Below, piece after piece: positions 41,054 through 64,000 of a stretch of DNA of 64,000 nucleotides. Source of the DNA: Chrysomallon squamiferum (lineage: Eukaryota > Animalia > Mollusca); NCBI GenBank assembly GCA_012295275.1, contig CM022665.1, positions 5,146,001 to 5,210,000 of the forward strand, given 5' to 3'. Within the stretch, counting starts at the first letter, position 1, and each line of letters opens with the position of its first letter. The notes below the pieces were generated by a model. It was not told the origin of the DNA. It saw only the letters and a program-made list of their open reading frames with translations, and ran no database searches. The position numbers and the translations under genes were made by a program.

Positions 41054-42249
41054 CATACACATAAACACAAAAACCGCTACGCAAAAACAGAATTTTCTTT
41101 ATACGCAAGGCCAATTGAATGTTTAACCAGCAGGCTGGCTATACAGTGTATCACCGTCATAGGTGTGTAAACAAACCAACAAAAATTGCCCGATATTTAA
41201 CTGGAACCTCCTCTAGGACTTTCCTTTTGACCGATTTTTTTTTCTTTTTCTCCCCCTTCTGCTTGATTCAACAATGCATGTGCGCAGACATGCTAAAACC
41301 ATACACCCCTTTGACCCCTAGCTGATAACAGTCAAGGCAACCCGCAGACAACAATATTCCCGTGAAAAAAAAAAAAAAAAAAAAAGAAGTCGGTTAGTAT
41401 GACTTACTTGTGGCATATGAAACTCTTAACAGAATTGAGAACAGTTCGACGACCCTGAGTTAAAATTAAACCTGTGCGGCTGGTCAAGAAGCTTTTATGA
41501 AAACACATTTAAACCTTGAGCTTGGCTACTGCCGAAGCGAACAGGTTTGCATATCGTTTGCTGTGTTGCCCGTTTCAGTTTTGTTTGGTGAATGGCAGGC
41601 ATGTTTTAACTACTGTAATATGGAACTGTTTTGTATTAATCTGTGTGTGTGTGTGTGTGTGCGCGTGTGTGCGTATATGCGTGTGTGTGAAATCGTATAG
41701 ACGCATTTATACACAATAAAAATTCAAGTTTTCGATGCCTTGTTTTTGTCCTTTACAATATATTTTGCAACGTTTTCTTTAGTAAAATAATAATTTATTT
41801 AGCTATAGTTATTATTATTGTTATTATTATTATTATTATTATTCATTCATTCTCGTTTTTCTTCATTAAAAAATATACATTAAAAATAGTTTAATCTATG
41901 AACTGAAGAGTGTCTACAAAACCCATAACACTTGGCAATGCTTTTGAGTTCTCTTGTATTTATTTATTTATTTATTTATTTATTATTATTTATTTATTTA
42001 TTTCCCCAATATTTATTTTACAAATCAGAAATCGAAATACCACTGAAATAGCGATTATCACCGTCTTCGTAACTGCAGATGTTGGTGTAGATACATTACC
42101 TGCGCAACTATAAAAACTATGTACTTTGTTAGTGGTCTCTCTCTCTCTCTCTCGGCATGGTTTAAAATGAACTATTTCCAGTCAAGGCTTAGTGATCTGT
42201 TTATCAAACACGATGTTACCTACTTTCTTGCTGATAAAAAGTCAACAAA

Positions 42250-42331
<82 letters not shown>

Positions 42332-43117
42332 GTCTCTGTGTTTGTCTTTCACGTACATCTTATGCCCTGACAACTCTGCACAACGACCACCTATCTATAA
42401 CAACCAGTTTTGCTTTGGTTCCGAGAATAACAACCGTAGATGGGTTTAACTACTTGGACGTGTGCATGTGTGTGCGCGCGCGTTAGTGTAGCTTTTATAA
42501 TTATTTACAAACCTGTGTGCCTGAAACCTAATAAGCGTTAATAATAAAATGTCTTAAGGTGTCGTTAACGTTCATTTATTCATTATTAAGTGTCTTTCGA
42601 GGTCGCGAACCACATTCTGAAGCAGAGATAACGTTCGTAAATTAAAAAGCATGTCAAGTCGAATACATCATTAATTTATGGCACCTGTCTCTTTGGATTA
42701 TCTTACGTAATTATCTGGTTTAGTCACGCTGGTGATTCTTTTCTTAAACAATTATTTTCTGGTTCTTTTTGACGTTGTTCATGATGCGATATTTGTTCAA
42801 ATGTCAACTGATTTTAAAAGGTTGTCAAATCAAGAATATGTCTCTATAAAAACTGGAATCAAAGGCGTTACTGTGATGGACATACTTCATTTATTAGTTA
42901 AATTTGTTTTATAAAGTTTATTTTCACGATTAAAGATAGTTATATACTTTTGTATTCAAATTAGTGTTTATCTGCCATCTATTTATAGACTTGCAGATGA
43001 CTAATCGTTTAATTTTACACACACACACATATATATATATCATATATATATATCCAGCAATCACTGATCTAGTGGCAAGACATGACTAGGCAAATTTTTA
43101 TATTTTTGGTTACTGAC

Positions 43118-43151
<34 letters not shown>

Positions 43152-43287
43152 TTGCATGTATAAACGCATTTATATAAATACTTAGTTGTCATTTACATAT
43201 TTTCAATTAAAAAAAATAACAAATAAATGGTTGTTTTTTAAAAACTATTTTGTTGTGATGTATAGTTTTTGTAGGCGACAACGAAAT

Positions 43288-43337
<50 letters not shown>

Positions 43338-44179
43338 CTCTTGTCCTTCAGTTCAGTTATATCTGCTTTCACGCCACTCAAACTGTGATAAGTTATCAGG
43401 CACTCTCGACAAAATAATTAATTTTCTTTTGACATTCCGACGAATTAATCACGAGATTTTCAGCTTAAAACATTATCGATTAACATTTATCAATTTTTAA
43501 ACAACAGCCTATGTATTTCCAGTCTGTTGAGGGAAGTGATACTGTCAACATCTGCTCCTAAATCAACATATGGTCGCAACAGCAATCTTCAAAAATCATC
43601 TCTGATGTTTTATCATTCCATTCCCATTCTAATGTACAAATTTTAGTAATATGCTGTTTTAGATTACATGTATACTTGCGTGTAAATTCCTACATACATT
43701 ATCTTGTGTGTGTATGTGCGTGCGTTTGTGTGTGTGTGTTTTTTTTCTCTTTCTTTCTTTCTTTACTGATATACGCTATGTTCTGGTAATCAAAAAAAAA
43801 AAAAAAATTTTTTTTTTTTTTTATTTTTTATTTTTTATAATTTATATATCTTCATTTTGTATGTTTTCGCATGAATGATCATAAAGGGTTGTGTGTTTCT
43901 GCTAAAATATTGCTACATTTATTGTTATCTTATAATTATTATTTTTTTCTTCTGTATAAGCTGTACATGAAATATAAACTGACTTGATGCTCAGTCTTAG
44001 ACCCTATTCTCAAGCTATCTCTTTGTGTTCCATAATCCAAAACACATCCAGCTTCAAGCGCACTGGATAATGTATGATCACGCCGCATTCCAATACATAT
44101 TAGCCATTTTATTATACTTTTTCAAAATTATATATCGTAAATAACGAACCACTTACACATCAATAAATGTCTTACTAAA

Positions 44180-44225
<46 letters not shown>

Positions 44226-44961
44226 AACACTGATTGGATAGGGTTAGAAAATCACAAATTATTATCAAATACAATTCATATTGATCTTAACTGGGTTATC
44301 AGTACTGAAGTAAAATATATTTATCTCCAACTTCGAGTGGTAACTGCAGCCAATCTGTTCAGGTTACTTGAACAGCACTGTGTTGATATTTACGCTGTGT
44401 TGTCAGATCTTGTCAGTTAAATGGAAATGACAAAGCTTTACATAAAAGTAATTTCAGTTATAAGATTTATGTAAGCTTTTGAGTACTGATAAGAAATATA
44501 TTGCTGATGCAAAAACAGAATGTGGAAAAAGTCTGATAGTGCACCTTTTAAAGTTTTTCCATGAAAATAGTTTTGTTATTTAAAGAAATATTAAAAATAA
44601 GACTGAATAGAAACATATTTAATGATATTCTTAAAACAAATCACAACTTTTTTTTTAATTTAAAAAAATAAATATTATTGCTTCAAGAATATATAAAGTC
44701 GATTTTTTTTCCATGATTTTAATAGAAATTCCACACATCACATAAAAATATGTGATTTTCTGACTAGAACTCAAAATCATTTTTCTATTTTTCTTTTTTC
44801 CAGTGAAAACTTATAACACAAATGAAAACCTTTCATTCTAACTCTTCCATGTCGACTCAAACTCACAAACTGAGATGGCTGCAGTGAGTATTTTATAAAT
44901 GTAATCACTTATTCAAAACAATAATTATCCCTAAGAAAATATTCCCTCACCAATGCCTAAG

Positions 44962-63913
<18,952 letters not shown>

Positions 63914-64000
63914 CTGAAATAAAATAAGATAGGATTTGGAATTGAAATCTGGACATGAAGATGTTTTTTCTTTTTCTTTTGTATATTATAAAATTTAATG

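Overview
Eukaryotic, AT-rich and microsatellite-dense genomic DNA from an invertebrate, probably a mollusc or other lophotrochozoan (inferred from repeat style only). It holds two spliced genes, both on the minus strand, which I rebuilt by hand from GT-AG junctions with consistent intron phases. (1) A complete mitochondrial-clan-like cytochrome P450 with 10 coding exons (15190->6625, 580 aa). (2) The 3' 28 exons of POLR3B/RPC2, the second-largest RNA polymerase III subunit (63913->44962; the 5' end is outside the window). About 25 kb of non-coding DNA lies between them, with tRNA-derived SINE copies, a MITE, minisatellites and candidate regulatory motifs. The most unusual structure is in POLR3B: a 73-bp tandem array made of an exon's own 3' splice site plus its first codons, which places 20 near-identical decoy acceptors (each leading to a premature stop) in front of the real one. 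Two further exon-boundary duplications occur in the same gene, one carrying an in-frame TGA and an intact GTAAGT donor. Most ORFs in the supplied track are microsatellite artefacts.
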